Below are positions 11,801-24,500 of a DNA stretch of 64,000 nucleotides, in pieces (positions within the stretch are counted from its first letter, which is position 1; each line of letters begins with the position of its first letter). The position numbers were made by a program, and so were the translations under genes. The stretch is from assembly GCF_009914755.1 (NCBI RefSeq), contig NC_060926.1, one strand, 5' to 3'. The notes beneath the pieces were generated by a model that saw only the letters and a program-made list of their open reading frames with translations, was not told where the DNA came from and searched no databases. The DNA is from the human T2T-CHM13v2.0 reference genome, Homo sapiens.

Positions 11801-14800
11801 ATCTTGTTTGTGATGTTTGCATTCAAGTGACAGAGTTGAACATTCCCTTTCAGAGAGCAGGTTTGAAACACTCTTTTTATAGTATCTGGATGTGGACATT
11901 TGGAGCGCTTTCAGGCCTATGGTGAAAAAGGAAATATCTTCTCCTGAAAACTAGACAGAAGCATTCTCAGAATCTTATTTGTGATGTGCGCCCTCAACTA
12001 ACAGTGTTGAAGCTTTCTTTTGATAGAGCAGTTTTGAAACACTCTTTTCGTAAAATCTGCAAGAGGATATTTTGATAGCTTTGAGGATTTCGTTGGAAAC
12101 GGGATTGTCTTCATATAAACTCTAGAGAGAAGCATTCTCAGAAGCTTCATTGGGATGTTTCAATTGAAGTCACAGTGTTGAACAGTCCCTTTCATAGAGC
12201 AGGTTTGAAACACTCTTTTTGTAGTATCTGGAAGTGGACATTTGGAGAGATCTCAGGAATACGGTGATAAAGGAAATATCTTCCAATAAAAGCTAGATAG
12301 AAGCAATGTCAGAAACTTTTTCATGATGTATCTACTCACCTAACAGAGTTGAACCTTTCTTTTGAGAGAGCAGTTTTGAAACACTCTTTTTGTGGAATCT
12401 GCAAGAGGATATTTGTCTAGCTTTGAGGATTTCGTTGGAAACGGGATTACATATAAAAAGCAGACAGCAGCATTCCCAGTAACTTCTTTGTGAGGTTTGC
12501 ATTCAAGTGACAGAGTTGAACATTCCCTTTCATAGAGCAGGTTTGAAACACTCTTTTTGTAGTATCTGGATGTGGACATTTGGAGCGCTTTCAGGCCTAT
12601 GGTGAAAAAGGAAATATCTTCCAATAAAAGCTACATAGAAGCAATGTCAGAAACTTTTTCATGATGTATCTACTCAGCTAACAGAGTTGAACCTTTCTTT
12701 TGAGAGAGCAGTTTTGAAACACTCTTTTTGCGGAATCTGGAAGTGGATATTTGTCTAGCTTTGAGGATTTCGTTGGAAACGGGATTACATATAAAAAGCA
12801 GACAGCAGCATTCCCAGTAACTTCTTTGTGACGTTTGCATTCAAGTCACAGAGTTGAACATTCCCTTTCATAGAGCAGGTTTGAAACACTCTTTTTGTAG
12901 TATCTGGATGTGGACATTTGGAGCGCTTTCAGGCCTATGGTGAAAAAGGAAATATCTTCCCCTGAAAACTAGACAGAAGAATTCTCAGAATCTTATTTGT
13001 GATGTGCGCCATCAACTAACAGTGTTGAAGCTTTCTTTTGATAGAGCAGTTTTGAAACACTCTTTTTGTAAAATCTGCAAGAGGATATTTGGATAGCTTT
13101 GAGGATTTCGTTGGAAACGGGATTGTCTTCATATAAATTCTAGACAGAAGCATTCTCAGAAGCGTCATTGGGATGTTTCAATTGAAGTCACAGTGTTGAA
13201 CAGTCCCTTTCATAGAGCAGGTTTCAAACACTCTTTTTGTAGTATCTGGATGTGGACATTTGGAGCGCTTTCAGGCCTATGGTTTAAAAGGAAATATCTT
13301 CCCCTGAAAACTAGACAGAAGCATTCTCAGAAACTTATTTGTGATGTGCGCCCTCAACTAACAGTGTTGAAGCATTCTTTTGATAGAGCAGTTTTGAAAC
13401 ACTCTTTTTGTGGAATCTGCAAGTGGATATTTGTCTAGCTTTGAGGATTTCGTTGGAAACGGGATTACATATAAAAAGCAGACAGCAGCATTCCCAGTAA
13501 CTTCTTTGTGATGTTTGCATTCAAGTCAGAGAGTTGAACATTCCCTTTCATAGAGCAGGTTTGAAACACTCTTTTTGAAGTATCTGGTTGTGGACATTTG
13601 GAGCGCTTTCAGGCCTATGGTGAAAAAGGAAATATCTTCCCCTGAAAACTAGACAGAAGCATTCTCAGAAACTTATTTGTGATGTGCGCCCTCAACTAAC
13701 AGTGTTGAACCTTTCTTTTGATAGAGCAGTTTTGAAACACTCTTTTTGTAATATCTGCAAGAGGATATTTGGATAGCTTTGAGGATTTCGTTGGAAACGG
13801 GATTGTCTTCATATAAACTCTAGACAGAAGCATTCTCAGAAGCTTCATTGGGATGTTTCAATTGAAGTCACAGTGTTGAACAGTCCCTTTCATAGAGCAG
13901 GTTTGAAACACTCTTTTTGTAGTATCTGGAAGTGGACATTTGGAGCGCTCTCAGGACTACGATGATAAAGGAAATATCTTCCAATAAAAGCTAGATAGAA
14001 GCAATGTCAGAAACTTTTTCATGATGTATCTACTCAGCTAACAGAGTTGAACCTTTCTTTTGAGAGAGCAGTTTTGAAACACTCTTTTTGTGGAATCTGC
14101 AAGTGGATATTTGTCTAGCTTTGAGGATTTCGTTGGAAACGGGATTACATATAAAAAGCAGACAGCAGCATTCCCAGAATCTTCTTTGTGATGTTTGCAT
14201 TCAAGTCACAGAGTTGAACATTCCCTTTCATAGAGCAGGTTTGAAACACTCTTTTTGTAGTATCTGGATGTGGACATTTGGAGCGCTTTCAGGCCTATGG
14301 TGAAAAAGGAAATATCTTCCCCTGAAAACTAGACAGAAGCATTCTCAGAATCTTATTTGTGATGTGCGCCCTCAACTAACAGTGTTGAAGCTTTCTTTTG
14401 ATAGAGCAGTTTTGAAACACTCTTTTTGTAATATCTGCAAGAGGATATTTGGATAGCTTTGAGGATTTCGTTGGAAACGGGATTGTCTTCATATAAACTC
14501 TAGACAGAAGCATTCTCAGAAGCTTCATTGGGATGTTTCAATTGAAGTCACAGTGTTGAACAGTCCCTTTCATAGAGCAGGTTTGAAACACTCTTTTTGT
14601 AGTATCTGGAAGTGGACATTTGGAGCGCTCTCAGGACTGCGGTGAAAAAGGAAATATCTTCCAATAAAAGCTAGATAGAAGCAATGTCAGAAACTTTTTC
14701 ATGATGTATCTACTCAGCTAACAGAGTTGAACCTTCATTTGAGAGAGCAGTTTTGAAACACTCGTTTTGTGGAATCTGCAAGTGGATATTTGTCTAGCTT

Positions 14801-15579
14801 TGAGGATTTCGTTGGAAACGGGAATACATATAAAAAGCAGACAGCAGCATTCCCAGAAACTTCTTTGTGATGTTTGCATTCAAGTCACAGAGTTGAACAT
14901 TCCCTTTCATAGAGCAGGTTTGAAACACTCTTTTTGTAGTATCTGGATGTGTACATTTGCAGCGCTTTCAGGCCTAAGGTGAAAAAGGAAATATCTTCCC
15001 CTGAAAACTAGACAGAAGCATTCTCAGAAACTTATTTGTGATGTGCGCCCTCAACTAACAGTGTTGAAGCTTTCTTTTGATAGAGCAGTTTTGAAACACT
15101 CTTTTTGTAATATCTGCAAGAGGATATTTGGATAGCTTTGAGGATTTCGTTGGAAACGGGTTTGTCTTCATATAAACTCTAGACAGAAGCATTCTCAGAA
15201 GCTTCATTGGGATGTTTCAATTGAAGTCACAGTGTTGAACAGTTCCTTTCATAGAACAGGTTTCAAACACTCTTTTTGTAGTATCTGGAAGTGGACATTT
15301 GGAGCGCTCTCAGGACTATGGTGAAAAAGGAAATATCTTCCAATAAAAGCTACATAGAAGCAATGTCAGAAACTTTTTCATGATGTATCTACTCAGCTAA
15401 CAGAGTTGAACCTTTCCTTTGAGAGAGCAGTTTTGAAACACTCTTTTTGTGGAATCTGCAAGTGGATATTTGTCTAGCTTTGAGGATTTCGTTGGAAACG
15501 GGATTACATATAAAAAGCAGACAACAGCATTCCCAGTAACTTCTTTGTGATGTTTGCATTCAAGTCACAGAGTTGAATA

Positions 15580-18500
15580 TTCCCTTTCATAGAGCAGGTT
15601 TGAAACACTCTTTTTGTAGTATCTGGATGTGGACATTTGGAGCGCTTTCAGGCCTATGGTGAAAAAGGAAATATCTTCCCCTGAAAACTAGACAGAAGCA
15701 TTCTCAGAAACTTATTTGTGATGTGCGCCCTCAACTAACAGTGTTGAACCTTTCTTTTGATAGAGCAGTTTTGAAACACTCTTTTTGTAATATCTGCAAG
15801 AGGATATTTGGATAGCTTTGAGGATTTCGTTGGAAACGGGATTACATATAAAAAGCAGACAGCAGCATTCCCAGTAACTTCTTTGTGACGTTTGCATTCA
15901 AGTCACAGAGTTGAACATTCCCTTTCATAGAGCAGGTTTGAAACACTCTTTTTGTAGTATCTGGATGTGGACATTTGGAGCGCTTTCAGGCCTATGGTGA
16001 AAAAGGAAATATCTTCCCCTGAAAACTAGACAGAAGAATTCTCAGAATCTTATTTGTGATGTGCGCCATCAACTAACAGTGTTGAAGCTTTCTTTTGATA
16101 GAGCAGTTTTGAAACACTCTTTTTGTAAAATCTGCAAGAGGATATTTGGATAGCTTTGAGGATTTCGTTGGAAACGGGATTGTCTTCATATAAACTCTAG
16201 ACAGAAGCATTCTCAGAAGCGTCATTGGGATGTTTCAATTGAAGTCACAGTGTTGAACATTCCCTTTCATAGAGCAGGTTTGAAACACTCTTTTTGTAGT
16301 ATCTGGATGTGGACATTTGGAGCGCTTTCAGGCCTATGGTTTAAAAGGAAATATCTTCCCCTGAAAACTAGACAGAAGCATTCTCAGAAACTTATTTGTG
16401 ATGTGCGCCCTCAACTAACAGTGTTGAAGCATTCTTTTGATAGAGCAGTTTTGAAACACTCTTTTTGTGGAATCTGCAAGTGGATATTTGTCTAGCTTTG
16501 AGGATTTCGTTGGAAACGGGATTACATATAAAAAGCAGACAGCAGCATTCCCAGTAACTTCTTTGTGATGTTTGCATTCAAGTCACAGAGTTGAACATTC
16601 CCTTTCATAGAGCAGGTTTGAAACACTCTTTTTGAAGTATCTGGTTGTGGACATTTGGAGCGCTTTCAGGCCTATGGTGAAAAAGGAAATATCTTCCCCT
16701 GAAAACTAGACAGAAGCATTCTCAGAAACTTATTTGTGATGTGCGCCCTCAACTAACAGTGTTGAACCTTTCTTTTGATAGAGCAGTTTTGAAACACTCT
16801 TTTTGTAATATCTGCAAGAGGATATTTGGATAGCTTTGAGGATTTCGTTGGAAACGGGATTGTCTTCATATAAACTCTAGACAGAAGCATTCTCAGAAGC
16901 TTCATTGGGATGTTTCAATTGAAGTCACAGTGTTGAACAGTCCCTTTCATAGAGCAGGTTTGAAACACTCTTTTTGTAGTATCTGGAAGTGGACATTTGG
17001 AGCGCTCTCAGGACTACGATGATAAAGGAAATATCTTCCAATAAAAGCTAGATAGAAGCAATGTCAGAAACTTTTTCATGATGTATCTACTCAGCTAACA
17101 GAGTTGAACCTTTCTTTTGAGAGAGCAGTTTTGAAACACTCTTTTTGTGGAATCTGCAAGTGGATATTTGTCTAGCTTTGAGGATTTCGTTGGAAACGGG
17201 ATTACATATAAAAAGCAGACAGCAGCATTCCCAGAATCTTCTTTGTGATGTTTGCATTCAAGTCACAGAGTTGAACATTCCCTTTCATAGAGCAGGTTTG
17301 AAACACTCTTTTTGTAGTATCTGGATGTGGACATTTGGAGCGCTTTCAGGCCTATGGTGAAAAAGGAAATATCTTCCCCTGAAAACTAGACAGAAGCATT
17401 CTCAGAATCTTATTTGTGATGTGCGCCCTCAACTAACAGTGTTGAAGCTTTCTTTTGATAGAGCAGTTTTGAAACACTCTTTTTGTAAAATCTGCAAGAG
17501 GATATTTGGATAGCTTTGAGGATTTCGTTGGAAACGGGATTGTCTTCATATAAACTCTAGACAGAAGCATTCTCAGAAGCTTCATTGGGATGTTTCAATT
17601 GAAGTCACAGTGTTGAACAGTCCCTTTCATAGAGCAGGTTTGAAACACTCTTTTTGTAGTATCTGGAAGTGGACATTTGGAGCGCTCTCAGGACTGCGGT
17701 GAAAAAGGAAATATCTTCCAATAAAAGCTAGATAGAAGCAATGTCAGAAACTTTTTCATGATGTATCTACTCAGCTAACAGAGTTGAACCTTCATTTGAG
17801 AGAGCAGTTTTGAAACACTCGTTTTGTGGAATCTGCAAGTGGATATTTGTCTAGCTTTGAGGATTTCGTTGGAAACGGGATTACATATAAAAAGCAGACA
17901 GCAGCATTCCCAGAAACTTCTTTGTGATGTTTGCATTCAAGTCACAGAGTTGAACATTCCCTTTCATAGAGCAGGTTTGAAACACTCTTTTTGTAGTATC
18001 TGGATGTGTACATTTGCAGCGCTTTCAGGCCTAAGGTGAAAAAGGAAATATCTTCCCCTGAAAACTAGACAGAAGCATTCTCAGAAACTTATTTGTGATG
18101 TGCGCCCTCAACTAACAGTGTTGAAGCTTTCTTTTGATAGAGCAGTTTTGAAACACTCTTTTTGTAATATCTGCAAGAGGATATTTGGATAGCTTTGAGG
18201 ATTTCGTTGGAAACGGGTTTGTCTTCATATAAACTCTAGACAGAAGCATTCTCAGAAGCTTCATTGGGATGTTTCAATTGAAGTCACAGTGTTGAACAGT
18301 TCCTTTCATAGAACAGGTTTCAAACACTCTTTTTGTAGTATCTGGAAGTGGACATTTGGAGCGCTCTCAGGACTATGGTGAAAAAGGAAATATCTTCCAA
18401 AAAAAGCTACATAGAAGCAATGTCAGAAACTTTTTCATGATGTATCTACTCAGCTAACAGAGTTGAACCTTTCCTTTGAGAGAGCAGTTTTGAAACACTC

Positions 18501-21500
18501 TTTTTGTGGAATCTGCAAGTGGATATTTGTCTAGCTTTGAGGATTTCGTTGGAAACGGGATTACATATAAAAAGCACACAGCAGCATTCCCAGTAACTTC
18601 TTTGTGATGTTTGCATTCAAGTCACAGAGTTGAATATTACCTTTCATAGAGCAGGTTTGAAACACTCTTTTTGTAGTATCTGGATGTGGACATTTGGAGC
18701 GCTTTCAGGCCTATGGTGAAAAAGGAAATATCTTCCCCTGAAAACTAGACAGAAGCATTCTCAGAAACTTATTTGTGATGTGCGCCCTCAACTAACAGTG
18801 TTGAACCTTTCTTTTGATAGAGCAGTTTTGAAACACTCTTTTTGTAAAATCTGCAAGAGGATATTTGGATAGCTTTGAGGATTTCGTTGGAATCGGGATT
18901 GTCTTCATATAAACTCTAGACAGAAGCATTCTCAAAAGCTTCATTGGGATGTTTCAATTGAAGTCACAGTGTTGAACAGTCCCTTTCATAGAGCAGGTTT
19001 GAAACACTCTTTTTGTAGTATCTGGATGTGGACATTTGGAGCGCTTTCAGGCCTATGGTTTAAAAGGAAATATCTTCCCCTGAAAACTAGACAGAAGCAT
19101 TCTCAGAAACTTATTTGTGATGTGCGCCCTCAACTAACAGTGTTGAAGCATTCTTTTGATAGAGCAGTTTTGAAACACTCTTTTTGTGGAATCTGCAAGT
19201 GGATATTTGTCTAGCTTTGAGGATTTCGTTGGAAACGGGATTAATTATAAAAAGCAGACAGCAGCATTCCCAGAATCTTGTTTGTGATGTTTGCATTCAA
19301 GTCACAGAGTTGAACATTCCCTTTCAGAGAGCAGGTTTGAAACACTCTTTTTATAGTATCTGGATGTGGACATTTGGAGCGCTTTCAGGCCTATGATGAA
19401 AAAGGAAATATCTTCTCCTGAAAACTAGACAGAAGCATTCTCAGAATCTTATTTGTGATGTGCGCCCTCAACTAACAGTGTTGAAGCTTTCTTTTGATAG
19501 AGCAGTTTTGAAACACTCTTTTCGTAAAATCTGCAAGAGGATATTTGGATAGCTTTGAGGATTTCGTTGGAAACGGGATTGTCTTCATATAAACTCTAGA
19601 CAGAAGCATTCTCAGAAGCTTCATTGGGATGTTTCAATTGAAGTCACAGTGTTGAACAGTCCCTTTCATAGAGCAGGTTTGAAACACTCTTTTTGTAGTA
19701 TCTGGAAGTGGACATTTGGAGAGATCTCAGGAATACGGTGATAAAGGTAATATCTTCCAATAAAAGCTAGATAGAAGCAATGTCAGAAACTTTTTCATGA
19801 TGTATCTACTCAGCTAACAGAGTTGAACCTTTCTTTTGAGAGAGCAGTTTTGAAACACTCTTTTTGTGGAATCTGCAAGTGGATATTTGTCTAGCTTTGA
19901 GGATTTCGTTGGAAACGGGATTACATATAAAAAGCAGACAGCAGCATTCCCAGAATCTTCTTTGTGATGTTTGCATTCAAGTCACAGAGTTGAACATTCC
20001 CTTTCATAGAGCAGGTTTGAAACACTCTTTTTGTAGTATCTGGATGTGGACATTTGGAGCGCTTTCAGGCCTATGGTGAAAAAGGAAATATCTTCCCCTG
20101 AAAACTAGACAGAAGCATTCTCAGAAACTTATTTGTGATGTGCGCCCTCAACTAACAGTGTTGAACCTTTCTTTTGATAGAGCAGTTTTGAAACACTCTT
20201 TTTGTAATATCTGCAAGAGGATATTTGGATAGCTTTGAGGATTTCGTTGGAAACGGGATTACATATAAAAAGCAGACAGCAGCATTCCCAGAAACTTCTT
20301 TGTGATGTTTGCATTCAAGTCACAGAGTTGAACATTCCCTTTCATAGAGCAGGTTTAAAACACTCTTTTTGTAGTATCTGGATGTGGACATTTGCAGCGC
20401 TTTCAGGCCTAAGGTGAAAAAGGAAATATCTTCCCCTGAAAACTAGACAGAAGCATTCTCAGAAACTTATTTGTGATGTGCGCCCTCAACTAACAGTGTT
20501 GAACCTTTCTTTTGATAGAGCAGTTTTGAAACACTCTTTTTGTAAAATCTGCAAGAGGATATTTGGATAGCTTTGAGGATTTCGTTGGAAACGGGATTGT
20601 CTTCATATAAACTCTAGACAGAAGCATTCTCAGAAGCTTCATTGGGATGTTTCAATTGAAGTCACAGTGTTGAACAGTCCCTTTCATAGAGCAGGTTTGA
20701 AACACTCTTTTTGTAGTATCTGGATGTGGACATTTGGAGCGCTTTCAGACCTATGGTTTAAAAGGAAATATCTTCCCCTGAAAACTAGACAGAAGCATTC
20801 TCAGAAACTTATTTGTGATGTGCGCCCTCAACTAACAGTGTTGAAGCATTCTTTTGATAGAGCAGTTTTGAAACACTCTTTTTGTGGAATCTGCAAGTGG
20901 ATATTTGTCTAGCTTTGAGGATTTCGTTGGAAACGGGATTAATTATAAAAAGCAGACAGCAGCATTCCCAGAATCTTGTTTGTGATGTTTGCATTCAAGT
21001 CACAGAGTTGAACATTCCCTTTCAGAGAGCAGGTTTGAAACACTCTTTTTATAGTATCTGGATGTGGACATTTGGAGCGCTTTCAGGCCTATGATGAAAA
21101 AGGAAATATCTTCTCCTGAAAACTAGACAGAAGCATTCTCAGAATCTTATTTGTGATGTGCGCCCTCAACTAACAGTGTTGAAGCTTTCTTTTGATAGAG
21201 CAGTTTTGAAACACTCTTTTCGTAAAATCTGCAAGAGGATATTTGGATAGCTTTGAGGATTTCGTTGGAAACGGGATTGTCTTCATATAAACTCTAGACA
21301 GAAGCATTCTCAGAAGCTTCATTGGGATGTTTCAATTGAAGTCACAGTGTTGAACAGTCCCTTTCATAGAGCAGGTTTGAAACACTCTTTTTGTAGTATC
21401 TGGAAGTGGACATTTGGAGAGATCTCAGGAATACGGTGATAAAGGTAATATCTTCCAATAAAAGCTAGATAGAAGCAATGTCAGAAACTTTTTCATGATG

Positions 21501-24500
21501 TATCTACTCAGCTAACAGAGTTGAACCTTTCTTTTGAGAGAGCAGTTTTGAAACACTCTTTTTGTGGAATCTGCAAGTGGATATTTGTCTAGCTTTGAGG
21601 ATTTCGTTGGAAACGGGATTACACATAAAAAGCAGACAGCAGCATTCCCAGTAACATCTTTGTGATGTTTGCATTCAAGTCACAGAGTTGAACATTCCCT
21701 TTCATAGAGCAGGTTTGAAACACTTTTTTTGTAGTATCTGGATGTGGACATTTGGAGCGCTTTCAGGCCTATGGTGAAAAAGGAAATATCTTCCAATAAA
21801 AGCTACATAGAAGCAATGTCAGAAACTTTTTCATGATGTATCTACTCAGCTAACAGAGTTGAACCTTTCTTTTGAGAGAGCAGTTTTGAAACACTCTTTT
21901 TGTAAAATCTGCAAGAGGATATTTGGATAGCTTTGAGGATTTCGTTGGAAACGGGATTGTCTTCATATAAACTCTAGACAGAAGCATTTTCAGAAGCGTC
22001 ATTGGGATGTTTCAATTGAAGTCACAGTGTTGAACAGTCCCTTTCATAGAGCAGGTTTGAAACACTCTTTTTGTAGTATCTGGATGTGGACATTTGGAGC
22101 GCTTTCAGGCCTATGGTTTAAAAGGAAATATCTTCCCCTGAAAACTAGACAGAAGCATTCTCAGAAACTTATTTGTGATGTGCGCCTTCAACTAACAGTG
22201 TTGAAGCATTCTTTTGATAGAGCAGTTTTGAAACACTCTTTTTGTGGAATCTGCAAGTGGATATTTGTCTAGCTTTGAGGATTTCGTTGGAAACGGGATT
22301 ACATATAAAAAGCAGACAGCAGCATTCCCAGAAACTTCTTTGTGATGTTTGCATTCAAGTCACAGAGTTGAACATTCCCTTTCATAGAGCAGGTTTGAAA
22401 CACTCTTTTTGTAGTATCTGGATGTGGACATTTGGAGCGCTTTCAGGCCTATGGTGAAAAAGGAAATATCTTCCCCTGAAAACTAGACAGAAGCATTCTC
22501 AGAAACTTATTTGTGATGTGCGCCCTCAACTAACAGTGTTGAACCTTTCTTTTGATAGAGCAGTTTTGAAACACTCTTTTTGTAATATCTGCAAGAGGAT
22601 ATTTGGATAGCTTTGAGGATTTCGTTGGAAACGGGATTACATATAAAAAGCAGACAGCAGCATTCCCAGTAACTTCTTTGTGACGTTTGCATTCAAGTCA
22701 CAGAGTTGAACATTCCCTTTCATAGAGCAGGTTTGAAACACTCTTTTTGTAGTATCTGGATGTGGACATTTGGAGCGCTTTCAGGCCTATGGTGAAAAAG
22801 GAAATATCTTCCCCTGAAAACTAGACAGAAGAATTCTCAGAATCTTATTTGTGATGTGCGCCATCAACTAACAGTGTTGAAGCTTTCTTTTGATAGAGCA
22901 GTTTTGAAACACTCTTTTTGTAAAATCTGCAAGAGGATATTTGGATAGCTTTGAGGATTTCGTTGGAAACGGGATTGTCTTCATATAAACTCTAGACAGA
23001 AGCATTCTCAGAAGCGTCATTGGGATGTTTCAATTGAAGTCACAGTGTTGAACATTCCCTTTCATAGAGCAGGTTTGAAACACTCTTTTTGTAGTATCTG
23101 GATGTGGACATTTGGAGCGCTTTCAGGCCTATGGTTTAAAAGGAAATATCTTCCCCTGAAAACTAGACAGAAGCATTCTCAGAAACTTATTTGTGATGTG
23201 CGCCCTCAACTAACAGTGTTGAAGCATTCTTTTGATAGAGCAGTTTTGAAACACTCTTTTTGTGGAATCTGCAAGTGGATATTTGTCTAGCTTTGAGGAT
23301 TTCGTTGGAAACGGGATTACATATAAAAAGCAGACAGCAGCATTCCCAGTAACTTCTTTGTGATGTTTGCATTCAAGTCACAGAGTTGAACATTCCCTTT
23401 CATAGAGCAGGTTTGAAACACTCTTTTTGAAGTATCTGGTTGTGGACATTTGGAGCGCTTTCAGGCCTATGGTGAAAAAGGAAATATCTTCCCCTGAAAA
23501 CTAGACAGAAGCATTCTCAGAAACTTATTTGTGATGTGCGCCCTCAACTAACAGTGTTGAACCTTTCTTTTGATAGAGCAGTTTTGAAACACTCTTTTTG
23601 TAATATCTGCAAGAGGATATTTGGATAGCTTTGAGGATTTCGTTGGAAACGGGATTGTCTTCATATAAACTCTAGACAGAAGCATTCTCAGAAGCTTCAT
23701 TGGGATGTTTCAATTGAAGTCACAGTGTTGAACAGTCCCTTTCATAGAGCAGGTTTGAAACACTCTTTTTGTAGTATCTGGAAGTGGACATTTGGAGCGC
23801 TCTCAGGACTACGATGATAAAGGAAATATCTTCCAATAAAAGCTAGATAGAAGCAATGTCAGAAACTTTTTCATGATGTATCTACTCAGCTAACAGAGTT
23901 GAACCTTTCTTTTGAGAGAGCAGTTTTGAAACACTCTTTTTGTGGAATCTGCAAGTGGATATTTGTCTAGCTTTGAGGATTTCGTTGGAAACGGGATTAC
24001 ATATAAAAAGCAGACAGCAGCATTCCCAGAATCTTCTTTGTGATGTTTGCATTCAAGTCACAGAGTTGAACATTCCCTTTCATAGAGCAGGTTTGAAACA
24101 CTCTTTTTGTAGTATCTGGATGTGGACATTTGGAGCGCTTTCAGGCCTATGGTGAAAAAGGAAATATCTTCCCCTGAAAACTAGACAGAAGCATTCTCAG
24201 AATCTTATTTGTGATGTGCGCCCTCAACTAACAGTGTTGAAGCTTTCTTTTGATAGAGCAGTTTTGAAACACTCTTTTTGTAAAATCTGCAAGAGGATAT
24301 TTGGATAGCTTTGAGGATTTCGTTGGAAACGGGATTGTCTTCATATAAACTCTAGACAGAAGCATTCTCAGAAGCTTCATTGGGATGTTTCAATTGAAGT
24401 CACAGTGTTGAACAGTCCCTTTCATAGAGCAGGTTTGAAACACTCTTTTTGTAGTATCTGGAAGTGGACATTTGGAGCGCTCTCAGGACTGCGGTGAAAA

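Larger units (their letters stand above)
476..15843 (+). repeat. Multi-kb duplication, offset 8493 bp (50 monomers): ~476-7350 repeated at ~8969-15843
   Basis: ORF-track pairs 534/9027, 2664/11157, 3847/12340, 4700/13193, 5595/14088 and 6274/14767 are all 8493 apart. Shared rare variants: ttttgcaacac (~1166/9659), tttttgatgtgcaccc (~1449/9942), gagcggtttc (~2054/10547), aagaattcttttgacag (2841/11334). Confidence 0.92.
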
